Shown: positions 22,901 to 36,363 of the stretch, piece by piece
How the letters are laid out: the number at the start of each line of letters is the position of its first letter
Numbering within the stretch: position 1 is the stretch's first letter
Assembly (NCBI GenBank): GCA_030390025.1
Contig: CM059425.1
Location: 170,874,001-170,938,000, forward strand
Direction: 5' to 3'
Source: Squalus acanthias
Taxonomy: Eukaryota
DNA length: 64,000 nt
The notes under the pieces: generated by a model
What the model saw: the letters and a program-made list of their open reading frames with translations, nothing else
What the model was told of the DNA's origin: nothing
Databases searched by the model: none
Translations under genes and position numbers: made by a program

Positions 22901-23752
22901 AGAAGACATAGACAGGCTGGTGAAATGAGTGGACACGTGGCAGATGAAATTTAACACAGAAAAGTGCAAAGTGATACATTTTGGTAGGAAGAACGAGGAG
23001 CGGCAATATAAACTAAAGGGTACAATCCTAAAGGGGTTGCATGAACAGAGAGACCTGGGGGTATATGTGCACAAATCATTGAAGTTGGCAGGGCAGGTTG
23101 AGAAAGCGGTTGAAAAAGCATACGGGATACTGGGCTTCATAAATAGAGGCATAGAGGCAAAAGCAAGGAAGTTATGATGAACCTTTATAAAACACTGGTT
23201 CGGCCTCAACTGGAGTATTTTGTCCAATTCTGGGCACCGCACTTTAGGAAGAATGTGAAGGCCTTAGAGAGGGTGCAGAAAAGATTTACAAGAATGGTTC
23301 CAGGGATGAGGGACTTCAGTTACGTGGAGAAGCTCGGGTTGTTCTCCTTAGAGCAGAGAAGGTTGAGAGGAGATTTGATAGAGGTGATTAAAATCATGAG
23401 GGGTCTAGACAGAGTAGATAGAGAGAAACTATTCCCATTGATGGAAGGGTCGAGAACCAGAGGACACAGATTTAAGGTGATTGGCAGAAGAACCAAAGGC
23501 GACATGAGGAAAAACTTTTTTACGCAGCAAGTGGTTAGGATCTGGAATTCACTGCCTGAAAGGGTGGTGGAGGCAGATTCAATCATGGCTTTCAAAAGGG
23601 AGTTGGCTAAGTACCTGAAGGAAAAAAATTTGCAGGGCTACGGGGAAAGGGCGGGGGAGTGGGACTAGCTGAAGTGCTCTTGCAGAGAGCCGGCACGGAC
23701 TCGACGGCCCGAATGGCCTCCTTCTGTGCTGTAACCATTCTATGATTCTACA
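19935..23752 (+). mobile_element. Near full-length degenerate CR1 LINE: ORF1 (SGNH/GDSL esterase-like) plus ORF2 (APE-RT)
   Basis: ORF1 MMGDSIVRGTDR...VCCLPDARVKDV...IGINDIG. ORF2 NARSVVNK, ITETWL, GGGV, RT motifs. Tail ttctatgattcta. Confidence 0.95.
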
Positions 23753-25012
23753 TGAAACTGGGCTTTTACATAACAAAGTGAAGACAGCATATTCTGAGCA
23801 TGTAGTGAGGGACCAATAAACGTTTCAGTCATTTTATCAAAAAAGCATGCTGCTGACAAGTTGATTTTGGATATCTCACTTTGAAGGCTCCAGTTGTATC
23901 AACCTTTATAAATAATCAGTTTTGCTCTTACTATGAAAAAATGAGTGCTTCGATAAAGGAAATATGGATTACATTTTCAAAGATCTCGATTTCCCTAATG
24001 TTTCTTCAAGCCCAGTGAAAAGCTAAAGAGTCTCTTGTCAGTTCAAGTGTTGTTGAAAATTATCTATTCATTTCTAACCTCAAAGTGTCTCGGTGCTAAA
24101 AGATTTTTAGGGCCATTTTTATAACCTTGGCCCTAAACTGTTGCAGATATGCAAAGAGGTCATGCAGAACAAATTCCTACCAGACTTGCAAAGAATTCAA
24201 AAAAGTGGTAAGCACTAGTAGCTCTTACACAATAATAGGTACTTAACTGGCTTCAAATTGTTGTGTTCTTGGCAAGTCTGCTGGACCCTCCATATATGTA
24301 TAGGAGAAAATTATCAGGTGATTTGGGACACGCCCCTCTACCGCGCCCACCCCCCCCCCCCCCCCCCAGCCCACCACCAACCAGGTAGTTTAGCAATGTG
24401 ACATACTCGGTACCTTACTGTTCCAATCATCCATCCAGTTTACAGAGAACAACTATTGTTGAAAGTAGTCCACCTTCCAAATCTCAAGAAGCCTTTGTTG
24501 TGATTCAACCTTTTCAGTCTTCAGCCCACCTTCCCTGAACTGAGGCTACAAATGTGGCAGTTTTCACTTTTTCAGATTTCTGTGAGATCATTGAATTATC
24601 AAGTATGGCTGGAACTAGTATAAGGATAAATAACCTTGTTTATGATTACAATATTTTTGAGTTTTACACTAGATACTCTACTCAGGTTCAGTGTCATCAA
24701 CGACTCTCATAGATGGGCCTCACATCCCCTATAATCCGGAGTGTGTTTTTACCTCCAAACATGTAGGTTAGCGATAGTGAGATCCAGGGATCAAACAGAG
24801 AACTTTGCCAATGTACACTGGCTTACTGGAATGTACAATGTACCTCCACATGATTTCTCTCTCTTCGATACACCTATTAAATACACACACTACCAGACCA
24901 AGACTCATGCTACAAACCAATAGAAAATTTATTTCACATTGAATAGGAAAATGAACTGTATTCAGTGCAAAACAGTGGATTAAAAGTAACTTATCATACA
25001 TATCAAAATAAT

Positions 25013-25775
25013 GGCCCGAAAATTAGACCTAATACGCGAGAGTACGCACTGTGTACTCTCGCGTATTAGGTCTCAAATTGCCGGTTTCCTGCATGCACTG
25101 CGCATGCGCGGGAAACCGGCACTTCGTGTATTGCAAAGGGGGCGGTTCCTAAGTGAACCGCGTGCGCACTACAGGTTGTGCGCACGCAGTGCACTTAGTT
25201 TTTTTTTCAGGTTTGAACGCGCAGGTAAGTGGTGAAGATTTTACACATAAAGAAAGCAGGCGTAGGACCCCCTTTTAACAAGGTAAGTAGTTAATTAAGT
25301 GTTATTTTTAAAAAATTTCAACAGGTTTATCTTTTTTAGAGACTTTAAAGAAAGGTAAGTTTATTTTTATAACTTTTAAAAAGATTTTAAATTTTTTCAA
25401 AAATTTAATTTTTTGTTTAAAGTGGTTAATTTATTTAACTATAGTTATTTTATTAATGTGATGGCTTTTTTTAAATTTAATTGAGGTTTAGCTGTTCTTT
25501 TGGGGGCTTGTAGTATTCATAGCTTTGATAGCCCTTGCTGTCAAAACTATGAATGAAAGATGGTGTGCTGCCATTGGCTCTAACTGAATCACGTGATCCC
25601 AGAGCTCGCACGAACTAATTGCGCCTCTGGGACATGCAAGCACTGCACGGTTGCAACAGGGAGAGGCCCTGAAACTGAAGTTCGTGTGGGCCCGAAACAA
25701 AAAGGTAGGTGCAGAGTGCGATATCGCGGGGAATCCTTACCCCCGCGGGAACCATCGATGTTTAATTTCTGGGCC
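25013..25775. mobile_element. Harbinger-like MITE with internal palindromes
   Basis: TIRs GGCCCGAAAATTA and TAATTTCTGGGCC; flanks aat/att. Confidence 0.75.
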
Positions 25776-25890
25776 ATTAAGGGTGCTTATCCATGAGCTA
25801 TCTCTCAACATACCTTATGCCTTCAAAATGGTTGTTTACTTATTACGCGGTGGAATGCTACCATGGAGACAAACTAGCCTAGTATCTAGA

Positions 25891-26026
25891 ATCTCTGATG
25901 AAAGGTCATCAGCCTGAAACGTTAACTCTGTTTCTCTCTCCACAGTTGCTGCCTGACCTGCTGAGTATTTACAGCATTTTCTATTTTTATTTCAGATTTC
26001 CATCATCTGCAGTATTTTGCTTTTGT
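25891..26026 (+). mobile_element. Penelope pLTR fragment with decayed hammerhead
   Basis: CTGATGA-a-aggtcatcagcct-GAAA-cgttaactctgtttctctctccacag... Confidence 0.75.
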
Positions 26027-26260
26027 CTTGGCCTAGAACCTCTGCTGGCGAGTATCTAAGTGCAGATCGTCCAATGGAAACTTGTAATGGGTAACTCTGG
26101 GCACAGAGCTGTCCATCAAAAGGACGACAAAAAAATCATTGGTACCTACTTATAGGCCCAACTCATGTTTTCATCCCAGACACAGCTGTTAATCAGAACC
26201 ACCACTTCATTACTGGCTTGATCCTTTGATCTGACCAGATACTGTGGACTCAACATCTTG

Positions 26261-26396
26261 GGGGTGAAATTCAATTTTGGTGGGAGCACAAAATAAGCAA
26301 TAGAGGATCAGCTGGCAGTTATACACCCCGCCTGATTTTCCTTTTCATCAATGGAAAGGACTTTTGTGCCCCCACTCAAGTTGAATTTCGCAACCG
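26261..26396. mobile_element. Small old MITE (related remnant ~30804-30897)
   Basis: GGGGTGAAATTCAA...TTGAATTTCGCAACC with inner ggagcacaaaa/ttttgtgcccc symmetry; shares ctgattttcctt with 30855-30870. Confidence 0.5.
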
Positions 26397-27223
26397 CCTC
26401 CCCACCCCCACCCCCAGCTTTCCAGATCCCGTGAAGATAGATGTGAACAAAAGACCTTAACACACAACACCACACTGCTCACAACCATTGAAACAATTAC
26501 TTAAAAAAGTAACAGTATACTAGCCCTCAGATTGAATTGCTGCTGCAATAATCCAATTGTCAATAGATGAATACAGAAAATTCTATACTCAATCAATATT
26601 AGTATATTAATGACCCCTTAGTTTGAAAGAAAGTAAGACTCAGATACATATTAATTGACCTCCGCTGACCAGAATGAAATGTGCCTTTTCTATACCTTGC
26701 AGAAACACCCCACGGAAATGGTTATAATTAACCCAGTATGTACTGTCACTAGTAATAAGGAATTCAGATCAATAATCTGAAGCATTGTTTTCACAGCGAT
26801 GTTAACGTATTAAGTGTTATTCCTTTGTCCACTGTTTTAATGGAGACATTAACTCAATTTTGTATCCTGATATCACAGACACTCATTTCTAGACTCCAAG
26901 CCCTTCAACCACATTAAGATTGAGTTGACATGCTTTTTTGCAGTTTCTGTAGTTGAGGTCACTGTTCGGTGAAAAATTAAGTATATGGCAAATCAAGAGT
27001 TACTCATCAATAGTGAACCATTTTCTGGAGGTTCACACTGGCCTCACTAAATTTATAGTAGGAGGCTTTAGATTAATCAGTATCTCAAAGAGTCACACTA
27101 ATTTATTCTCAGCTGTATGTTTGAGATACGTTTGTAAAACACTTAGAAGAGTGATGCAATAAAAAAAGCATTGTTACAATCAAAAAGCGAATTTACATGA
27201 CATCATGTTAATGAAGAGAAATG

Positions 27224-27999
27224 GGGGGAAAAATTGAGTCGCGCCCCCTTTGGGGCACTAACTTGCCGGGGCGCTACTTTTAACGCCCGAAAAAATTAGC
27301 GCCCCACAGCTGAAATTCATCAGTAGCGCCCCAAGAGGGAAGCGGGGTGCTACTGGGAGCACCCGCCTCCCTCTTGGGGCACTGCGAGTGAATATCACGG
27401 CACTACGTGCCGCAGCGCCATGCGCTGCAGCACATCACGCCACAGTACTGCAGGCCTTCCTCCCCTTCTTAAAGGGGAGGGGCCTTGCGCAGCGCGACCC
27501 GGGACCCAGCTGGGCCACCAGGGATCGGAGTGCCGGCAAAAGAGCCCAGCACTCAAGAGAAGTGCCCAGCTCACGGAGCGCAGCTGGCACTCTGCGGGGG
27601 GGCTGATCAGGAGGCCGGGGACGGCAACGGGGCAGGTGCTGGCAGGCGGCCAGCAACAAAAATGGCCGCCCAGCACCTCCCCTTTAATTCGCACTGTCCT
27701 GGCCGCAGGTAGGCCCCCCTGACCCCGTCGGACATAGCATCTGACGGTAAGTCAGGGGGCGCTACCGAAGATCGCAGCCGGGGCGCGAGCGGGGCGGAGC
27801 GGGGCGCTGCGCTTGGCGATGACGTCATCGCCGTCGGCGCAGCACCGCAGGGCACTAACGGTTACCGCCACCGCTAACCTCCCGCTGAATTTCACGGGAG
27901 GCGTTGGTGGCGCCACGCCCAGGCGCTAGCTGCTTTGCATCCCATTAGCACCCTCTTAGGGCGCTAACGGGAGGCGCAAAGCAACCGAATTTTTATGCC
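27224..27999. mobile_element. GC/CpG-rich Harbinger-like MITE, 776 bp
   Basis: Termini GGGGGAAAAATTGAG and CCGAATTTTTATGCC; 3-bp TSD atg/atg. Confidence 0.75.
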
Positions 28000-28144
28000 A
28001 TGGGGTTTTGCCCTGTCAGGAATGTTGGAGAAGCAGACAGGGTAAGTACACCCTCTCCAGCTATTGAGCAATCCTAGAATGACTCTCTTTCTAAGAAGTG
28101 TGGTGTGCTCAATTAGGAGTTTAAGTGGGGCTTGTATACGAGGT

Positions 28145-28480
28145 ACGTGATAATAGTCCAGTTTCTGAATGTTTACCTCCAGTTGCTCAATTATTTTTTT
28201 TTGCAGATTATTTCTTTAGCATCTTTCAAAGTCAACCATATAACAGTATATTCATCTCATCCCACACTGTGATCACACCAATTTTCTGGAAATTAATTGG
28301 AAAAGCTCCAGAATTTCTGCTTACAGCTTCTTTTCATTTCTCAATCCTGGAAGAGATGCTTGTTTGGCTCTTTTGGGAAAATAAGACTAGAATTGACCTA
28401 AATTGATACATATTCAGATACATTAAACACATCAATCATTGCTTTCACTAAAATCAGGGCAATTTTTAAAGGTACAGTCT
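28145..28480 (-). mobile_element. Ancient L1-type LINE fragment
   Basis: Inverted diverged homolog of 19310-19620 (e.g. gagccaaacaagcatctcttccaggattgagaaatg). Confidence 0.6.
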
Positions 28481-29074
28481 TCCATGGAAAAATATGGTAA
28501 GTATTTTATCATTTGTTTACAAACAGATGATGTGACAACATGAATCATTTGAAAACATGTAATTACCCACCTCCCCATAGATGACTAGCCTACCAACATT
28601 TACTATCTAGACTGACACATGAAAAATAAGCATTTGGGTAAGGTATTGAAGGGTGACTGCTGCCCTGGACCCATCCCCAGCAACAAAAGGAAAACAAATT
28701 ATGGTATTCACAAGTAATATCATGACAGCAAAAAATCATGGCTTTTCTCCTTGAACTAAAAAAGCCTTGCTGAACATTTCTTAATCCCATGTAAGAGAGG
28801 CATTGCCCTCTAGTGCGCCGCGATTCTAGAAGACTCATTGTGCAGCTTAGCATCCACTGTGGAATTTCTCTCTGGCATTTTTTCCAACAATGTTTGCAGC
28901 ATAGAAGGAGGCCATTTGGCCCATCATGTCTGTGCCAGCTCCTTGCTACAGTAATACAAAGCTAATTTCACTGCTCTGCTGTCTCCCCATAGCCCTGCAT
29001 CTTCCTCCGCTTCAAAATGTTTATCCATTTCCCTTAAAGAATTCATCGGTCTTTGCCTCAACCATTCCCTAATG

Positions 29075-30657
29075 CCTGATGAACCAGATTAAATTTTTTG
29101 AAGAGGTGACTAAAGTAGTGGACAGGGGAATGTCTATGAATGTTATTTATATGGACTTTCAGAAGGCATTCAATAAAGTCGCTCACAAGAGACTGTTAGC
29201 TAAAGTTGAAGCTCATGGTATTGTAGGCAGATTATTGACCTGGTTAGGAGATTGGCTGAACAGCAGGTGACAGAGAGTATGGATAATGGGCAGGTACTCT
29301 AATTGGCAGGATGTGACCAGTGGTGTCTGTGTTGGGGCCTCAACTATTCACCATGTACAGGAAACTTTCGTTTATCCGGCACCGACGGGACCGGCGTGGT
29401 GCCGGTTGATCGAAAGTGCCGGATTACAGAGAGGTATACTTACCAAGGTACGAGAGCCCCGTACACGGCCACAGGCTGAACAATTGGGACCCGGAGAGGG
29501 AAGGTAAACGAGACTCCGGCTTTTTCCTCCGTGGCGGCGACAGGTCGGAGTCGGAAGAACGTTGACCCCCCCTTTCGTGGGGGCGAAAGGTCAGAATCGG
29601 GGTCTTGTCTGTATAATAAAACTTACCTGATTTTTGCCGGTTAAGCGAGAATTCCGGATATTAGGGTGCCGGATAAACGAAAGTTTCCTGTATATTAACG
29701 ATTTAGATGATGGGATAGCGAGCCACATATCCAAGTTTGCCGATGGAACAAAGCTAGATGGCATTGTAAGCAGTGTAGGTGGAAGCATAAAATTACAAAA
29801 AGATATTAATAGATTAAGTGAATGGGCAAAACTGTGGCAAATGGATTTCAATATAGGAAAGTGTAATGTCATCCACTTTGGACCTAAAAAGGACAGGTCA
29901 GTGCACTTTCTAAATGGTAAAAAGTTGGAAACAGCAGAGATCCAAAGAGACTTGGGGGTCCATGTACATAGATCGTTAAAATGTCATGGACAGGTACAGA
30001 AAATAATCAAAAAGGCTAATGGAATGCTGGCTTTTATATCTAGAGAATTAGAATACAAGGGGGTAGAAGTTATGCTGCAGCTATACAAAACCCTGGTTAG
30101 ACCACACCTGGAGTACTGTGAGCAGTTCTGGGCACCACACCTTAGGAAGGACATATTGGCCTTGGAGGGAGTGCAGCGTAGATTTACCAGAATTAAACCT
30201 GAACTCCAAGGGTTAATTTACAAGAAGAGATTACACAACTGGTGTTGTATTCCCTGGAATTTAGAAGGTTATGGGGTGATTTGATCAAAGTTTTCAAGAT
30301 ATTAAGGGGAACAGATAGGGTAGATAGAGAGAAACTATTTCTGCTGGTTGTGGAGTCTAGGACTAGGGGGCATAGTCTAAAAATTAGAGCCAGACCTTTC
30401 AGGAATGAAGTTAGGAAACACTTCTACACACAAAGGGTGGTAGAAGTTTGGAACTCTCTTCCACAAATGGCAGTTGATGCTAGATCAATTGTTAAATTTA
30501 AATCTGAGATTAATAGATTTTTGTTAAACAAAGGTATTAAGGGATATGGGGAAAAGGCGGGTATATGGAGTTAGGTCACACCATGATCTTATTGAATGGC
30601 CGAACAGGCTCGAGGGACTCAATGGCCTAGCACTGTTCCAATGTTCCTATGTTCCTA
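29075..30657 (+). mobile_element. CR1 3' portion, split by a MITE
   Basis: YMDFQKAFNKV, KFADGTK, VRPHLEYCEQFWAP; tail gttcctatgttcct. Confidence 0.9.
29358..29690. mobile_element. Tc1/mariner (Tigger/pogo-like) MITE, 333 bp
   Basis: Perfect 26-bp TIRs CAGGAAACTTTCGTTTATCCGGCACC; TA on both sides (29356-57, 29691-92). Confidence 0.92.
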
Positions 30658-30970
30658 AGCAGAGCATTCCATGCTCCAACAGTTTTCTCTGTGAAGAAAT
30701 TTCTCCTAACTTTTCTCCTCACTTTCTTAGCAACAATTTTAAATGGATAACCCCTTGTCACTGACTCCCCTACGAGAGGAAATAGTATTTTCCTATTCAT
30801 CTTGGGCTAAGATTCAACAGGCAATAGCAGATCAGTTGTCCATTATACATCCCACCTGATTTTCCTTTCCATTAACTTCATGTTGAATTTTTACCCCACC
30901 TGTTTTCCAGGAATTTTCCCCATCATAGCTATATTGGAATTGATGCCTGGTGTATGATACTATAGCTGGG

Positions 30971-33007
30971 TGGAGAAAGCGCAGGAGATGCAGCAGCTAG
31001 CCGACAACCACGACGTGTGTGGATTCTTTAGCGCAGTCAAGACCACCTACGGCCCAAGCACCCAAGACCCTACCACACTACGGGCCAAGAACGGAGAGGT
31101 ACTCATCAAGGACAGAGAGGCAGTCAGTGCCGCTGGAAGGAGCACTTCGAAGATCTCCTTAACCGAGACTCTGTTTTCGACGCGAGTGTCCTCAACTCCA
31201 TCCCGCAGCATGCTACCCTGCCACCATCTCAGCACAACCCCAGCCCGGCATGAGGTTGAAAAGGCCATCCGACAACTGAAGAACAACAAGGCCTCAGGAG
31301 CAGATGGAATCTCTGCCGAGGCACTAAAGCATGGTGGAGAAGCACTACTGGTGCGAATTCATGAACTCATTTCTCTTATCTGGAAGGAGGAGAGCATGCC
31401 AGGGGATCTCAGAGACGCCATAATTGTGACCATCTTCAAGAAAGGTGACAAGTCCGATTGCGGTAATTGCAGAGGAGTTTCCCTGCTGTCTGCCACAGGG
31501 AAAGTCATCGCAAGAATACTCCTCAATCGCCTTCTCCCAGTGGCTGAAGAGCTCCTCCCAGAGTCGCAATCAGATTCCGCCCACTAAGGGGCACAATGGA
31601 CATGATCTTCACCGCACGTCAATTACAAGAGAAATGCAGGGAACAGCACTAACCGCTGTACATGGCCTTCTTTGACCTCACAAAGGCCTTCGACACTGTC
31701 AACCGTGAGGGATTATGGAGTGTCCTCCTCAAATTCGGCTGCCCTCAAATGTTTGTCACCATCCTCCGCCTACTTCACGACGACATGCAAACCGTGATCC
31801 TGACCAACGGTTCCACCACAGACCCAATTCACGTACAGACCGTGGTCAAGTAAGGCTGTGTCATCGCACCAACGCTCTTCTTGATCTTCCTTGCTGCAAT
31901 GCTCCATCTCACCCTCAGTAAGCTCCCCGCTGGAGTGGAGCTAATTTACAGAACAAAGGGGAAACTGTTCAACCTCCGTCGCCTTCAGTCCAGATCCAAG
32001 GTCATCCCATCCTCTGTCGTCGAATTACAGTATGCAGACGATGCTTGCGTCTGCGCTCACTCAGAGGTCGAACTCCAAACCATCGTCAACACCTTCACCG
32101 AAGCGTACGAGAGCATGGGCCTTACACTAAACATCCGTAAGACAAAGGTCCTCTACCAACCTGCCCCCGCCACACAGTACTGCCCCCCCTGATTATCAAA
32201 ATCCACGACAAGGCCTTGGACAACGTGGACCACTTTCCATACCTCGGGAGCCTACTGTCAACAAGGGCAGACGTCGATGACGAAGTCCAACACCACCTTC
32301 AGTGTGCCAGTGCAGCCTTCGGTCGCCTGAGGAAGAGAGTGTTTGAAGACCAGGACCTCAAACCCGGCACTAAGCTCATGGTCTACAGAGCAGCAGTGAT
32401 ACCCGCCCATGCCTCAGAGACATGGACCATGTACAGCAGGCACCTCAAAGCACTGGAGAGGTACCACCAATGCTGGCTCCACAAGATCCTGCAAATCCAT
32501 TGGCAGGATAGGCACACCAACGTCAGTGTTCTCACTCAGGCCAAAATCCCCAGCATCGAATCTTTGACCACGCTCGATCAGCTCCGATGGACAGGTCACA
32601 TCGTCCGCATTCCCGATACGAGACTCCCAAAACAAGCGCTCTACTCGGAGCTCCGACATGGCAAGAGAGCCCCAGGTGGGCAGAGGAAATGCTTCAAGGA
32701 CACCCTCAAAGCCTCCTTGAAAAAGTGCAACATCCCCACCGACACCTGGGAATCCCTGGCCCAAGACCGCACAAAGTGGAGGAGAAGCATCCGGGAAGGC
32801 GCCGAACACCTCGAGTCTCTTCGCCGGGAGCAAGCGGAAGCCAAGCGTAAGCAGCGCACGTCAACCCAAGCACCCCACCCACCGTCTGCCCCACCTGTGA
32901 CAGAGACTGTAGGTCCTGCATTGGACTCATCAGTCACCTGCGAACTCATTTTTAATGTGGAAGCAAGTCATCCTCGGTTCCGAGGGACTGCCTAAGAAGG
33001 AGAAGCG
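30971..33007 (+). mobile_element. RTE-clade LINE, 5'-truncated, frameshifted
   Basis: KKGDKSDCGNCRGVSLLS, FFDLTKAFDTV, LQYADD, FPYLGS, RLPKQALYSEL. AAG-type tail. 12-bp TSD actatagctggg (30959-30970 and 33008-33019). Confidence 0.93.
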
Positions 33008-34201
33008 ACTATAGCTGGGCTGGGAATTTCCTCAGAGCTCCTCCACCATAACTTCATCAGGAAATGCCATTTAAATTTACACCAGGGTCCTATTGATGCC
33101 TGCAAAACCCTGCTTGTTATCATCGCAAATGGTCGTTAACGACTGGGATCTGAGAGGGTAAGTAACCTGCTCGAATTTAACTGCCCACCTGCCCGCTTTC
33201 CGTCAGGGGGGCAGTGTCGGATCCCCAGTCAGGGAAAGCCTGCCGCGTGTCGGAACCTGGGCCTGGAGAGGCCCAGAAGGTAAGTTTTAAATTTATCTTT
33301 CAGGTTTCCGTGTGGGCCACATGGGGCAAGAGTGCTTCTCCAGGCCTCATAAGAAACCTTTCGGCCTACCTTGCACCGGACTCCCTCCACCTCCCCTCCC
33401 CCCCACTTCCCTCACGATGGTGGGCAGACGCCCCCCCCCCCCTCCCCAGCTCCAATCAATCGCAGGCCAGTGTTTCCCCTTCCCCCGATCACGGCCAGAG
33501 CCTCCACTAACTTTTAATTGCCCTCCAAAGAGGCCTGGTAAGCCATTCAGTTACCAAACTGCTGCAGCAAATTAAAGAAGGCAGTGCACCACCATCTTCT
33601 CAGGGCTACAAAGGATGGGAAATAAATGCAGGCCTTGCCAGTGACGCCAATATCCTGAGAATGAATTAAAATAGATTATGATGGATCCAGTTTTTCAGGC
33701 TGAAGTTTAAAGGTTACGGCAGGGAAATTGGACCCGTTTGCACCGGCCGATAAGGCTGGTTTGTAAGAAAAAATGGCAGACGCTTCATTGCGCCCACTTC
33801 TGGCAGATCCCACGGTGGCCGCCATTGCAGGCAGGTCGGTAGCGCTGCCATTGCCTGCGCTCATTGCAGAAATGGAAACGAGGCAGATCGTAAAGCTAAT
33901 TTGACGCACGATCTGCCATTTTGGATGTCGCTGCTCCTTTTAATGCCCTTTCCAAGTCACGACCAGCTGACCGTGCGTTCAGCAGCAGGAAGGACCCCCC
34001 AGCAGCGCTATTTAAAGGGATCATCAACAACTTGCAGCTGACTTGCTTTTTGATTTCTACTGGCTCTGTCTAAGTTTGTGCAACCATTTGGAGCTTTCTA
34101 CAGTTATTTAAAGTTGGTGAGGTGACAGGGAGTGTTGCTGCAAGTGGAGAACGCCTTGCTTCTGATTTAAAGGGTTCAGCTCAGACCACTTGCTCCCAGT
34201 C

Positions 34202-36180
34202 ATGGGGGCTTGAGTGGCAGTCGCCCTCGCGCTTGAGTAGGCCAGGAATATGGAGCGGAGGCAGCGAAGAAGAGGACAAGATGCTCGCAGAAGGAGGAGG
34301 AAGAATGGCAGGAGGACTCTCAGCAGGAGGCCTTACCCACCTATGGTCTTCCGAGAGCACTTCTCCTACCGTAAGCCAGGAGCAGAGTATTCGGAGGCTC
34401 CGCTTTACCATGGAGTTGATCACAGAACTCTGCCAACTCCTGCAACCAGACCTGCAGCGTCAGAGCAGGGAGACGATGGCTCTCCCAGTGGCCCTCAAGG
34501 TCACCGTGGCCCTCAATTTTTTCGCCACCGGGTCCTTCCAGTCTGCAGCAGGCGACATAGCCAACATCTCCCAGTTCGCCGTCCGTCGCTGCATCCAGGA
34601 GGCCACAGAGGCTAGTACTCCATGAGAAGGGACTTCTTTTTCTTCTCTCTAAACAGTGAGAGGCAGGACAAGCTCACGTGTGGCTTTTCCAGGATATTGA
34701 GCTTTCCCATGGTGCAGCGCACCAGCAACTGCACACACATGGCTGTGCGGCTGCCGCATACCAATCCTGAGATGTTCCGTAACAGCAAAGGCTACCACTC
34801 ACTTAATGTGCAGTTGGTGTGTGACCACGCCCAACGCATCATGATGGTGAATGCCCGGTATCCTGGCAACAGTCATGATGCCTTCATCCTGCGCCAGTCC
34901 GGTGTGCCGGCAATCTTCTAGTCACCACGTCAAACCCAAGGGTGGCTACCCGGAGACAAGGGCTATCCGCTCTGCACCTGGCTCATGACTCCCCTCCGCA
35001 ACCCCACCACTCGTGGCCAACAATCATATAATGACAGCCATGTTGCCACGAGGAACTTCATTGAGCAGACCATCAGGGTGCTGAAGCAATGGGGGTGATT
35101 TACCAATGGGGGCGCGTTGGAGGCAGGACTGCTGCTTGTCGGGTTTTAGACCCGCCTCCATCGACTTGTGGCCAACCCACGCTATTTTCCCTTGGTTGAC
35201 CTTGTTGAGCCCGCCCAGCGGGCTTAGCAGGCCAATTAAGGGGAAGCCGGTTACAGAGAACGTCAGCGTATGACGTTTCATCTGTCAAAAAATTTTGACA
35301 GATGAATTGTCATCGTTTGACAGCTTTGAGAAGCTGTCAAACACTGACATTCTCTGTTGTTTGGTGAGTTCTTGTACTCAAGGCTCACCAAACCTATTTT
35401 CTGAGCAGAAAGCAGATGGCTGTTGCATCAGAGAATGTAGCAGCCATTCTGTCATCTCTGCCGTGGAGATGCCGGAGCCTCCACATCCCCAACGATTGAA
35501 GCCTGCAGGAAGAAACAAAGGTAAGTAAACTTTTTCTATCACTTTTCACTCACCTCACATACTTACCTCTCCACACTTGCACCCATCACTCACCTCCGCA
35601 GCGCACTTTTGGACCCCTCTCACCCCCGCAGACCCACTGCTCACCCCGCTGACCCTGGCGGGGTTTCCCAACATCGGGAAGTCCACACCTCTGCTGGAAA
35701 AATGGGGATAATCCTGTTAACAGGCAGTTAAGTGGCTGTAATCCCCTTCCCACCTCCAGGAGATGGGACCCGGCACGGGTCGGGTACCCACCTCCTGGGA
35801 AGATGGCATAGAGGCGGGTTGGGGGCGGGATGAGTACCCGCCCCCAGATTCTGCCATTTTCTCGTCAGTCCCGCCTCCAGGCTCACCTCCCCAGAGCTGG
35901 CAAAATCGCCCCCAATGGCTCCACTGCCTTGACCGCTCGGGAGGAGCTCTCCAATACACGCTGGAGTGGGTGTCCCATTTTATGTGGGCTGCCACATGCT
36001 TCACAACTTGGCCATCATGAGAGCGCAGCCCTTGCCACCACAGGTTCCGGGACCACCTCAGGAGAAAGAGGAAGAGGAGGAGGAAGAGCAGGAAGAGGAG
36101 GAGGAGGAGAAGGAGGAAGGGAGGAGGCAGGCAGCAAATCCCCGTTCCGTGAGCGCCTCATCAGACTCCAGTTCCAATGA
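34202..36180 (+). pseudogene. Harbinger (HARBI1-like) DDE transposase, disrupted
   Basis: ALPVALKVTVALNFFATGSFQ, FRNSKGYHSLNVQLVCD, YPGNSHDAFIL, GDKGYP, IEQT, HCLDRSGGALQY, MLHNLAI; acidic tail. Confidence 0.9.
35091..35913. mobile_element. Harbinger MITE, 823 bp, in the transposase gene
   Basis: GGGGGTGATTTTACC...GGCAAAATCGCCCCC with TSD aat/aat; removing it restores LKQWLHCLD. Second copy at 54431-55275. Confidence 0.9.
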
Positions 36181-36363
36181 ATGAAACCCCAGATCCCCAT
36201 TGCTCACCACTTCCCCATCTTACCATCCCTCTCTCACGGAACATCACAGCGTCCTCCTGGGCACAAACCTGAAATGAGAGCCACCACAAAACAAACATTC
36301 CAAACATAATTTATAAATTTATCAATTCCAAATCAAAACAACAACGTCATCTAATCACCCTTA

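Noticed and set aside
19310..28480. Apparent inverted duplication of paralogous exons (19310-19620 versus 28145-28480)
   Set aside because: Both translate as decayed L1 ORF2 with stops; they are independent old LINE fragments, not a host gene pair.
34122..36184. Host HARBI1 gene
   Set aside because: Frameshifted, MITE-interrupted and bounded by TIRs, so it is a transposon copy.
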